Positions 15,382 to 22,800 of a stretch of DNA of 24,000 bases are shown in pieces. Source of the DNA: Streptomyces cremeus (lineage in GTDB: Bacteria > Actinomycetota > Actinomycetes > Streptomycetales > Streptomycetaceae); contig NZ_BAAAXE010000013.1 in assembly GCF_039535435.1 (NCBI RefSeq), positions 747,289 to 771,288 on the forward strand. Reading direction: 5' to 3'. A program made the translations under genes and the position numbers. Positions within the stretch are counted from its first letter, which is position 1, and each line of letters begins with the position of its first letter. The notes under the pieces were generated by a model. It did no database searches and had not been told where the DNA came from. It saw nothing but the letters and a program-made list of their open reading frames with translations.

Positions 15382-17466
15382 ATGAGTCGTCGGTCGAGCG
15401 GGCTGATCGGCACCTGGGCGGAGGCGCAGCGTCAGCAGCAGCGCCGGGTGGAGGCCCAGCAGCGGGCTCAGGTGCAACAGCAGCGTGCGTACGAGCGGGA
15501 GAGGGCGCGGGCGGACCGTCAGCAGCAGGCGGCGTACCGGCAGCATCGCGAGGCGGAGGCGCGGCGGCGTACGGAAGAGCTGGATGCCGAGGTGGCCCGG
15601 CTGGAGGGGTTGCTTGCTGCGGGGTGCCGGGCGGCTCCGTTCCGGGTGGGTGCGCTGGTGCGGCCGGAGGTGGTGGAGCCTTTTGCGCCCGGGCAACTGG
15701 CGGTGCCGGTGGTGATGCCGGATCCGGGGCGCTATCAGGCGCAGGGCGGCGGGTGGACTGCTGCGCGCCGGGCGCAGGCGCAGGAAGAGGCGCGGGCCAG
15801 GTTCGAGCGGGACTGGCATGCGGCGCAGGCTGCGGAGATGCAGCGGCAGCAGCAGTTGGCGGGGTACCGGCAGCAGTACGACGCGTGGGCGGCGGCTCGG
15901 CTGGCGGAGATTCGGGGGCACAACGCCGGGATCGCGGGCATGAAGGACGCGTTGCGTGCGGGTGAGCCGGAGACGGTGGTGGAGTTCTTCTCCGCGGCGC
16001 TGTACGCGTCGGCGGCGTGGCCGGAGGACTTTCCGCGGCGGGTGTCGGGTGCGTTCGACCGGGGTGGCCGTCAACTGGTGCTGAACTGGGAGTTGCCGGG
16101 CTTCGATGTGGTTCCTGAGGTGAAGGGGGTGCGTTATGTGGCGAGTGCCGACGAGGAGCGGGAGTCGGCCCGCCCGATGACGCAGCGCAAGGCCTTGTAT
16201 CGGAGTGTGCTGGCGCAGTGTGTGTTGCTGGCGCTGCGGGACGTGTTCGTGGCGGACGAGTTCGGCACGCTGGACTCGGTGGTGCTGAACGGGTTCGTTG
16301 ACGGTCTGGATCCGGTGACGGGGCAGCCGGCGGAGGTCTTTCTCAGCACGGTGATGGTGGAGAAGGCTGCTTTCGGGGCGTTGAATCTTGAGTTCGTGGC
16401 GGCGGTGGACTGTCTGGTGGAGGGGTTGCGGGGGCAGTTGTCGGCGCGGCCGGAGCAACGGGTGGCGGTGCGGCCGGGGCGGTTGCCGGAGCAGGTGGGG
16501 TCGGGGGTGGTGTCGCACGGGGCCGGTGGGGAGCCGGATTTGCTGGAGATGGATCCGGTGGAGTTCGAGGGTTTGGTCGCCGAGTTGTTCCGGGCTCGGG
16601 GGATGCAGGCGGTGACGACGCAGCGGTCGAATGACGGCGGGGTGGATGTGGATGCGTTGGATCCGGATCCGATCAGCGGTGGAAAGATCATTGTTCAGGT
16701 GAAGCGGTACCGGAACACGGTGCCGCCGAGTGCGGTGCGTGATCTGTTCGGGACGGTGCAGGGGGCGGGGGCGAACAAGGGCGTTCTGGTGACGACGTCG
16801 GGGTTCGGGCCGGGGTCGTACACGTTCGCCCAGGGAAAGCCGTTGACGTTGGTGTCGGGGACGGAACTGGTGGATCTGCTGCATCGGTGCGGGTTGCGCG
16901 GTGCGCTGGGAGGGGGCGGGGCCGGATCGGGTGCGACGGCGCCCGTTCCGTCGCCCCGGGAGCCGGTTGACGCGGGTGGTGCGGACGATTTCAACGTGCT
17001 GGGGATGACGTGGGCGGGGCCCGTGGCGCTGGACGTCTGTGCGTTGGTGTGCACGGGCGGCCGGGTGCTGGGGGAGGAGTACTTCGTCTTCTTCAACAAT
17101 GCGCGGACACCGGACGGTGCTGTGCGCATGGTGGCGGGTGTGGCGGGTGACCGGGCCGCTGTGCGGGTGGCGTTCGACGGGTTGCCGAGGGAGGCGGATC
17201 GCCTCGTTCTGGTGGCGTCCGTGGATGTCGAGAGGAATCCGGATGCCGACTTGTCGGGTTTCACCGACGCGAGTGTGCTGCTGCGGGACCCGTCGGGTGC
17301 TGAGTTGGATCGGCTGCCCGTCGCGGACGGCAGGTCGGGTGAGACGGCTCTGGTGCTGGGGTCCTTTCGGCGCCGCAACGGGGACTGGGATTTCGTGGCC
17401 GGCGGAAGGGGCTACAGGGGCGGGCTGGGTGAGCTGATCCAGGATTACGGGGTCGAGGTCCAGTAG
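15382..17466 (+). CDS. Multidomain protein: N-terminal Gln/Arg-rich coiled coil, unassigned middle domain, Mrr-type (PD-(D/E)xK) restriction endonuclease domain, C-terminal TerD domain
   Basis: ATG 15382 is preceded by GGGGAGGG (15366-15373); 694 aa. Mrr_cat-like core at aa ~387-505 (nt ~16540-16896): EFEGLVAELFRARGM, NDGGVDVDA, IIVQVKRY, GVLVTTSGF. TerD-like region at aa ~535-694 (nt ~16984-17463): EEYFVFFNNARTPDGAV, RLVLVASV, ETALVLGSFRRRNGDWDFVAGGRGYRGGLGELIQDYGVEV. Confidence 0.85.
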   Translation: MSRRSSGLIGTWAEAQRQQQRRVEAQQRAQVQQQRAYERERARADRQQQAAYRQHREAEARRRTEELDAEVARLEGLLAAGCRAAPFRVGALVRPEVVEPFAPGQLAVPVVMPDPGRYQAQGGGWTAARRAQAQEEARARFERDWHAAQAAEMQRQQQLAGYRQQYDAWAAARLAEIRGHNAGIAGMKDALRAGEPETVVEFFSAALYASAAWPEDFPRRVSGAFDRGGRQLVLNWELPGFDVVPEVKGVRYVASADEERESARPMTQRKALYRSVLAQCVLLALRDVFVADEFGTLDSVVLNGFVDGLDPVTGQPAEVFLSTVMVEKAAFGALNLEFVAAVDCLVEGLRGQLSARPEQRVAVRPGRLPEQVGSGVVSHGAGGEPDLLEMDPVEFEGLVAELFRARGMQAVTTQRSNDGGVDVDALDPDPISGGKIIVQVKRYRNTVPPSAVRDLFGTVQGAGANKGVLVTTSGFGPGSYTFAQGKPLTLVSGTELVDLLHRCGLRGALGGGGAGSGATAPVPSPREPVDAGGADDFNVLGMTWAGPVALDVCALVCTGGRVLGEEYFVFFNNARTPDGAVRMVAGVAGDRAAVRVAFDGLPREADRLVLVASVDVERNPDADLSGFTDASVLLRDPSGAELDRLPVADGRSGETALVLGSFRRRNGDWDFVAGGRGYRGGLGELIQDYGVEVQ

Positions 17467-17479
17467 CTCGGCCACGGGT

Positions 17480-17510
17480 GGGCCCGGCGGGGTGTGGGCC
17501 CGCCGGGCCC
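17480..17510. terminator. Bidirectional stem-loop between convergent genes
   Basis: GGGCCCGGCGGG (17480-17491) / CCCGCCGGGCCC (17499-17510), 12-bp perfect stem. It lies between the stop at 17466 (+) and the stop at 17526 (-). Confidence 0.6.
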
Positions 17511-17525
17511 GGTGGCGGGCCGCGG

Positions 17526-18932
17526 TCAGCGGCCCGCGATGCGGTTGGCGAGGGTGGCGATGGGGTGGGTGGTGGCGGTGCGGGCGGTGAGTTCGCGGCG
17601 GTCGGCCTCGCGGTAGGCGGCGTACAGGGTCTGGACGCCGAGCCAGCGGAAGGGTTCGGGTTCCCACTTGCGGACCCGGTGGCCGACCCAGGGGAGGGTC
17701 GTGAGGGCGGTGGCGGTGCCCTGGCCGGAGTCCTGGAGGAGGAGGTCGCGCAGGGTGCGGGCGGCGAGGTTGGCGGTGGCGACGCCCGAGCCGACGTAGC
17801 CGCCGGCCCAGCCCAGGCCGGTCGAGCGGTCCAGGGTGACGGTGGCGCACCAGTCGCGGGGGACGCCGAGGACGCCGGACCAGGCGTGGGCGATGCCGGT
17901 GCCCGCGAGGGTGGGGAAGAAGCGGGTGAGGACCGCGCGGAGGGCGGCGACGGTCGCGGGCTGGGTGCGGCCGTCGTTGTCGGTGCGGGAGCCGAAGCGG
18001 TACGGGACGCCCCGGCCGCCGAGGGCGATGCGGTCGTCGGCGGTGCGCTGGGCGTACATGTAGGCGTGGGCCATGTCGCCGAGGTTCTCGCGGCCGTCCC
18101 AGCCGATGGTCTCCCAGAGGTGGGCGGGGACGGGATCGGTGACGATCATGGATGAGTTCATGGGGAGCCAGGAGCGCTTCTGGCCCTTGAGGTTCGGGGT
18201 GAAGCCCTCGGTGCAGCGCAGGACGTACGGGGCGCGGACCGTGCCGTAGGGGGTGCGGGCGCGCCGGGGCGCGATCTCGGTGACGGGCGTCGACTCGTGG
18301 ATGGTCACGCCGAGGGCCTCGACCGTGTCGGCGAGGCCCGTGACGAGCTTGGCCGGGTGCAGACGGGCGCCGTGCGGGGTCCAGGTGGAGCCGACGGCGC
18401 CGGCGACCTTGACGCGGGCGGCGGTGTCGCGAGCGCCGAGGAGGACCCTGTCCTTCTCCCCGAAGGCGGTCTCGGCCGCGTGGAAGGCGCGCAGGCGGGT
18501 CAACTGGGCCGGGGTGTAGGCGACTTCGAGGACGCCGCCGCGGTGGATGTCGGCGTCGATGCCTTCCGCGGCGGCGGTGTCGACGACCTCGGTGACGGTG
18601 TCGTTCATGGCGTGCTGGAGGCGGGTGGCGGCCTCGCGGCCGTGCAGTCGGGCGTAGCGGTCGCGGCCCGCGATGCCGTTGTAGAGCCAGCCGCCGTTGC
18701 GGCCGGAGGCTCCGTAACCGCAGAACGCGGCTTCGAGGACGGTGATGTCGAGGTGGGGGGCGGCCTTCTTCAGGTAGTACGCCGTCCACAGGCCCGTGTA
18801 GCCGCCGCCGACGACGCACACGTCCGCGGTCGTGTCGCCGGGGAGGGGTTCGCGGGGGCCGGGTGTGCCGTGGTCGGCGTACCAGAAGGAGATGCCTCCG
18901 TTGGTGGTGCGGGAGGTGGGGGTGCTGCGCAT
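17526..18932 (-). CDS. FAD-dependent oxidoreductase (DAO family, gamma-glutamylputrescine/amine oxidase-like)
   Basis: The track ORF reaches 19115, but its first 61 codons are Pro/Arg junk from the G-run region. ATG 18932 is preceded by AGGACGAAGG; 468 aa. Dinucleotide-binding motif DVCVVGGGYTGLWTAYYL followed by GASGRNGG. C-ending codon bias resembles the core genes. Confidence 0.85.
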   Translation of the reverse strand: MRSTPTSRTTNGGISFWYADHGTPGPREPLPGDTTADVCVVGGGYTGLWTAYYLKKAAPHLDITVLEAAFCGYGASGRNGGWLYNGIAGRDRYARLHGREAATRLQHAMNDTVTEVVDTAAAEGIDADIHRGGVLEVAYTPAQLTRLRAFHAAETAFGEKDRVLLGARDTAARVKVAGAVGSTWTPHGARLHPAKLVTGLADTVEALGVTIHESTPVTEIAPRRARTPYGTVRAPYVLRCTEGFTPNLKGQKRSWLPMNSSMIVTDPVPAHLWETIGWDGRENLGDMAHAYMYAQRTADDRIALGGRGVPYRFGSRTDNDGRTQPATVAALRAVLTRFFPTLAGTGIAHAWSGVLGVPRDWCATVTLDRSTGLGWAGGYVGSGVATANLAARTLRDLLLQDSGQGTATALTTLPWVGHRVRKWEPEPFRWLGVQTLYAAYREADRRELTARTATTHPIATLANRIAGR

Positions 18933-19113
18933 GGTGGCCTTCGTCCTGTTCGGCGGTGGTGCCGGGACGCTAACGGGAGGGGGTGGGGGGCGCAATGGGC
19001 GTCGGGGGCGCGGTCGGGGGGCGCGGCTCGACGGTGTGTCGGGGGGCGGGGGAGGGGCCGGGGTGCGGATGTGCGGGCGCGACCTTGTGGGTGGCGGGGG
19101 CGTTGGACGGGGC

Positions 19114-20292
19114 ATGAGTGAGGTTCTTTTTCTGCCGCCGCAGCTCGTGGCGGCGTCCGTGCCCGCGTCGTTCGACGGGCTGGTTCTGAGGTCGGAGAGG
19201 GTGGAGCGGATCGGTGATCACCGGTGGTCGGTGTGGGTGGGCGCCGGTCGGCTGGTGGACCGGGAGTGGGTGGGGGGCCGGCGCGGCTTCCTCGGGGCGA
19301 GCGCGGCGAACGTCGAGCTGACGGAGTTGCTGTGGCAGCGGCCGTGGGACTTCGGGGTGGTGGGGTCGGTGGTGCTGGGCGCGCACGAGGTGCGGGTGCT
19401 GCCGACGGGGCCGCGGGGCGGCGGGACCGTCCAGGTGACCGGTCCCGAAGTCCTGGACGGGGTGCAGCGGCTGGGCGTGCTGGCGCGGGCGGTCGCGGAG
19501 GGGCTGCCCGCCGGTTCGCTGGAGCGGTCGCTGCTGCGGGTGGAGCTGGTGACGGGTCCTGCCGTGGATGTCGTACGGGGGGAACTCGACGCGGAGGACC
19601 GTCGGCGCAATCCGGCCACCGCGCAGGACGAGCTGGTGCGGGATCCGAACGTGCTGCGGGTGATGCGGCAGTTCCGCGCGGACGGGGTCAGCTTCGCGGT
19701 GCGCCGGGGGGAGGTGCGGGAGCCGTACGGGGCCGGGCGGTGCGTGTCGGTCGAGGAGGCGACGTCGGCGCTGGCGTGCCTGGCGCCGGGGGCCCGGCTG
19801 GAGGTGGCGCACGCGGCGGACGGGGCCGCCGGGCGCGAGCGGCTGTGGGCGGACCGGGGCGGGGAGTCGTACCGGGCGGTGTTCAACGAGAACACGGAGG
19901 CGGTGGGGGTGCTGCGGGCGGTGGAGATCGCCCGGTGCGTGCGGGGCGTGGTGGCGCGCAAGGGGCGCGGGAAGCGTTATGGGCACGCTCATCTGTGGCG
20001 GGACGTGCCGCAGTTGGCGGTGTGGGCGGTGGGGCGGCAGTTGCCGCTGGTGGAGCTGCACCGGGAGGGGCGGGGGCCGGGCGCGGTGGACTGGGACCTG
20101 CTGGTGCGGGACCGGCTGGAGCTGCTGACGGCGGGGGTGGCGGAGGGGCTGCGGGAGGCGTACGAGGCGCTGCGGCCGACGGCGGGGGGCAGGCGGCTGC
20201 GGCACGCGGAGGTCAGGGAGCTGGGGTTCTGGGCGGAGCTGATGGAGGAGTACGGGGCTGCCGGGGACGCCGCGGCGCTGGATTCCCTGTGA
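19114..20292 (+). CDS. Hypothetical protein with ParB/Srx-like QR...DGxQR motifs (DndB/DGQHR, DUF262 or AIPR-like)
   Basis: ATG 19114; 392 aa. The upstream part of track ORF 18832.. is G-run derived. Motifs seen: LWQRPWDFGVVGSVVL, then VLDGVQRLGVLARAV (nt 19450-19494). Downstream segments (LRVELVTGP...RRNPATAQDELVRDPNVLRVMRQF; SVEEATSALACLAP...YRAVFNE) recall the layout of AIPR/DndB-type proteins. The family assignment is tentative. Confidence 0.6.
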   Translation: MSEVLFLPPQLVAASVPASFDGLVLRSERVERIGDHRWSVWVGAGRLVDREWVGGRRGFLGASAANVELTELLWQRPWDFGVVGSVVLGAHEVRVLPTGPRGGGTVQVTGPEVLDGVQRLGVLARAVAEGLPAGSLERSLLRVELVTGPAVDVVRGELDAEDRRRNPATAQDELVRDPNVLRVMRQFRADGVSFAVRRGEVREPYGAGRCVSVEEATSALACLAPGARLEVAHAADGAAGRERLWADRGGESYRAVFNENTEAVGVLRAVEIARCVRGVVARKGRGKRYGHAHLWRDVPQLAVWAVGRQLPLVELHREGRGPGAVDWDLLVRDRLELLTAGVAEGLREAYEALRPTAGGRRLRHAEVRELGFWAELMEEYGAAGDAAALDSL

Positions 20293-20935
20293 GGTCTCGG
20301 CCGTGCCCGCCGCGGTGTGTCGCGCGGTTCCTGGTGAGGGGGTAGCAGGCGAGGCCGATGAGGGCGGCGGCGAGGTGGCCGACGTCGGTGAAGGTGCGGC
20401 CGTTGACGAGGGGGAGGGCGTAGAAGGTGAGGACGGCGAAGAGGTAGGGGTACCGCCAGGGGGCCGGGATGAGGTGGGTGAGGACTGCGACGACGCCGGC
20501 CAGTGCGTAACTCACCCCCACGTCCAGGGTGTTGACGGATTCCGGCGGGGCGATGCCGTGCCTGATCGCCCAGCCGAGGACTCCTTCGCTCAGGTACGTC
20601 GCGCCGACGTGCGCGGCGAGGACGACCCCGAGCCAGCGCAGGGTGCCGAGCCGGCGTTCGGCGGGGGCGTGGAAGAGGGAGTACAGGACGGCGTACGGGA
20701 GCCAGCCGCCGCCGTCGAGCCAGAGGGCGGAGGTGATCAGGACGCGGCTGGGGTCCTGGGAGAGGTGGTGGATGTTGGTGGACCGCTGGCGGAGGAACGC
20801 GTCGGTGAAGGCGGGGTCCATGTGACGCGTGGCGACGGTGGTCAGGAGCAGGACGAGGAGCCAGAGGTGGGTGCCGGGGGCGGAGCGGAGGTGGTGGAGT
20901 GCTCTGGCGAGGGCGCTGCGGAGGGGGCGGAGCAT
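20213..20935 (-). CDS. Polytopic membrane protein, rhomboid-like fold (uncharacterised)
   Basis: ATG 20935; 240 aa with about 6 hydrophobic segments (HLWLLVLLLTTVATRH, LITSALWLDGGGWLPYAVLYSLF, WLGVVLAAHVGATYLSEGV, VGVSYALAGVVAVLTHLI, YLFAVLTFYALPLV, VGHLAAALIGLACYPL). The Pro/Arg-rich C-terminal tail overlaps the convergent gene by 80 nt. The functional call is weak. Confidence 0.6.
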   Translation of the reverse strand: MLRPLRSALARALHHLRSAPGTHLWLLVLLLTTVATRHMDPAFTDAFLRQRSTNIHHLSQDPSRVLITSALWLDGGGWLPYAVLYSLFHAPAERRLGTLRWLGVVLAAHVGATYLSEGVLGWAIRHGIAPPESVNTLDVGVSYALAGVVAVLTHLIPAPWRYPYLFAVLTFYALPLVNGRTFTDVGHLAAALIGLACYPLTRNRATHRGGHGRDLTGNPAPRRPRQPRTPPSAPPRTPAP

Positions 20936-21008
20936 GGTCCGATTGTTGCGGTATGAGCTGATTCGCTCGGGCATTCTCCGCCCGTACGGCGAGTGAGGTG
21001 GTGCGGGG

Positions 21009-21932
21009 ATGGGCGAGCGGTACGAGGTGCGGGTGCCGGCCGGGCTGGCGGCGGCGCAACTGCGGTGGAACGGGGAGGCGGGGCGGGCCTGGGTGGCCGG
21101 GCTGCCGGGGCGGGTGCGGGAGTGCCTGGCGGGGTGGGGCCTGCGGCCGGACGGCCCGGTGATGCACGGGTCGGCGGCGCTGGTGGTGCCGGTGGTGCGG
21201 GAGGGGGACGGGCTCGCGGCGGTGCTCAAGCTCCAGCTCCGGGACGAGGAGAACGCGGGGGAGGCGGCGGCGCTGCGGGCGTGGGCGGGGCTCGGGGTGG
21301 TGGAGGTGCTGGCGGCGGACGAGGCGCGGGGCGCGCTGCTGCTGGAGCGGCTGGACGAGGGCAGGCCGCTGGACGGGGTGCGGGACGCGCTGGACGGCGT
21401 ACGGGTGATCGCGGAGTCGCTGGCGCGGCTGAACGCGGTGGCCGCTCCGGCGGGGATGCGGCGGCTGGGGGACATCGCCGCCGCCGTGCTCGACGACGTG
21501 CCGAGGCTGCTTCCGGCGCTGGCGGACGGGGCGGAGCGGCGGCTGCTGGAGCGGTGCGCGGGGGCGGTGCGGGAGGTGGCGGGGGAGGCCGGGGACCGGT
21601 TGCTGCACTGGGACCTGCACGCGGAGAACGTGCTGGCGCCGAGGGCGGGTTCGGGGCGGAGCGAGCCGTGGGTGGTGATCGACCCGAAGCCGCTCGCCGG
21701 GGACCCGGGGTTCGAACTCCTCCCGGCGATCCGGAACCGGTTCGACGCGGGGGAGGTGGTGCGGCGGTTCGATGTGCTGGTGGAGGTCATGGGGCTGGAG
21801 CGGGACCGGGCGGTGGCGTGGACGCTGGGGCGGGTGCTGCAGGACTGCTTGTGGGAGCTGGCGGAGGGGGAGGTCCGGATGCCGGACGTCCATGTGGTCG
21901 TCGCGAAGGCCCTGCTTAGGGTGCGGGCATGA
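21009..21932 (+). CDS. Aminoglycoside phosphotransferase family protein, APH(6)/streptomycin 6-kinase-like
   Basis: 307 aa. RBS GTGAGGTGG lies upstream of ATG 21009. Kinase catalytic-loop motif LLHWDLHAENVL and VVIDPKPLAGDPGFE are present, with an N-terminal layout (RWNGEAGRAWV...LKL) typical of the APH(6) family. Confidence 0.8.
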   Translation: MGERYEVRVPAGLAAAQLRWNGEAGRAWVAGLPGRVRECLAGWGLRPDGPVMHGSAALVVPVVREGDGLAAVLKLQLRDEENAGEAAALRAWAGLGVVEVLAADEARGALLLERLDEGRPLDGVRDALDGVRVIAESLARLNAVAAPAGMRRLGDIAAAVLDDVPRLLPALADGAERRLLERCAGAVREVAGEAGDRLLHWDLHAENVLAPRAGSGRSEPWVVIDPKPLAGDPGFELLPAIRNRFDAGEVVRRFDVLVEVMGLERDRAVAWTLGRVLQDCLWELAEGEVRMPDVHVVVAKALLRVRA

Positions 21933-22411
21933 TTCGCGAAGCGACGGTCGGGGACGTTCCGGAGATCTACGCAATGGTGCGGGAACTGGCCGAGTACGAG
22001 AAGGCGTTGGACGAGGTCCGGGCGAGTGAGGAGCAGCTGCGGGAGGCGCTGTTCGGCGCGCGCCCGGCGGCTTTCGCGCATGTGGCGCAGGACGGGGGCG
22101 GGAAGGTCGTCGGCTTCGCCCTGTGGTTCCTGAACTTCTCGACGTGGCGGGGGGTGCACGGGATCTACCTGGAGGACCTGTACGTGCGGCCGGCGGCGCG
22201 GGGCGGCGGGTACGGGAAGGCGCTGCTCGGGGAGTTGGCGCGGGTGTGCGTGGCGCGGGGGTACGAGCGGCTGGAGTGGTCGGTGCTGAAGTGGAACCGG
22301 CCGGCGATCGACTTCTACGAGGCGGTGGGGGCGCGGCGGCAGGGGGAGTGGGATGTGTACCAGCTGACGGACGAGGCCCTGGGGAGGCTGGGCGGGGCGA
22401 CGCCCCTTTAG
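21929..22411 (+). CDS. GNAT family N-acetyltransferase (diamine/spermidine acetyltransferase-like)
   Basis: 160 aa. The start overlaps the upstream stop (ATGA 21929-21932). Motif A: LYVRPAARGGGYGKALL. The LEWSVLKWNRPAIDFYEAVGA tail is typical of SSAT-like GNATs. Confidence 0.85.
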   Translation: MIREATVGDVPEIYAMVRELAEYEKALDEVRASEEQLREALFGARPAAFAHVAQDGGGKVVGFALWFLNFSTWRGVHGIYLEDLYVRPAARGGGYGKALLGELARVCVARGYERLEWSVLKWNRPAIDFYEAVGARRQGEWDVYQLTDEALGRLGGATPL

Positions 22412-22621
22412 GGGCGCGGGGAACTGCGCGACCAGCCACCCACTCACCTGCACGGGAACCGTGCGCTGGCCGCGCGGCGAGCGCTTTAGGTGGAGGGGCG
22501 GGTCCGGGGCCTCTCCTGCCCGAGCCGGGCGGGGCTGTGCGTCCGGTACGGGGCTGGGGTCTCGGCCTTGGCGGGTTCGCGCAGCCGGCACAGGCGCTTG
22601 CGCGAAGGGCGGCACCCGGGT

Positions 22622-22800
22622 GGGCCGGGAGCGGGAGGGGCCGCCCCCTTGCCCGCCCTCCCCCAAGCTCTCGGCTTCGCTCGAGCAGGGGGTACCCCCC
22701 TCGCCCCCTTGGGGCGGCCCCGTCGCCCAAGGGGACGGGGAAGTGGGAAGGGCGGTCCCGTCGCCCAAGGGGGCGGAGGTGGGGGCCGCCCCAAGGGGGC
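22622..22800. repeat. GC-rich dispersed palindromic repeat, copy B (core shared with 4271..4390)
   Basis: Shares a 37-nt and a 31-nt block with copy A in the same orientation and order. Copy B carries a ~45-nt insertion between the blocks that contains the 12-bp palindrome GGGGGTACCCCC (22688-22699). Three GCCCAAGGGG-type sub-repeats lie at 22725, 22763 and ~22789. It sits in a 480-bp convergent intergenic region (22412-22891). That region also holds the direct duplication GCGGAGGCCCGTGCCC (22804 and 22828) and the hairpin CCGTGCC cc GGCACGG (22842-22857). Confidence 0.7.

Noticed and set aside
15322-18819. Very long ORFs in the track: 15322..18819 (-, 1165 aa), 19989..23978 (-, 1329 aa), 3223..5748 (-, 841 aa), 105..2300 (-, 731 aa), 2027..3889 (-), 3951..6140 (+), 6306..7679 (+).
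   Set aside because: Their translations are monotonous Arg/Pro/Gly/His-rich strings with no motifs. They overlap well-supported genes in other frames or on the other strand. Stop-codon scarcity at ~72% GC produces such open frames by chance.
18832-19113. Upstream extensions of the divergent genes: 18832 start for the ParB-like ORF and 19115 start for the FAD oxidoreductase ORF.
   Set aside because: Both extensions translate the G-run/C-run spacer into poly-Gly/Arg or poly-Pro junk. Internal ATGs at 19114 and 18932 coincide with the onset of protein-like sequence.
21709-21722. Possible att-type direct repeats of the tRNA-Thr 3' end: GGTTCGAACTCC at ~21709, GGTTCGAT at ~11953.
   Set aside because: Only 7-8 nt match the T-arm. 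One site is inside the APH(6) coding frame (GDPGFELLP) and the other is on the 5' side of the tRNA. This is no more than chance similarity, so no integrative-element boundary can be claimed.
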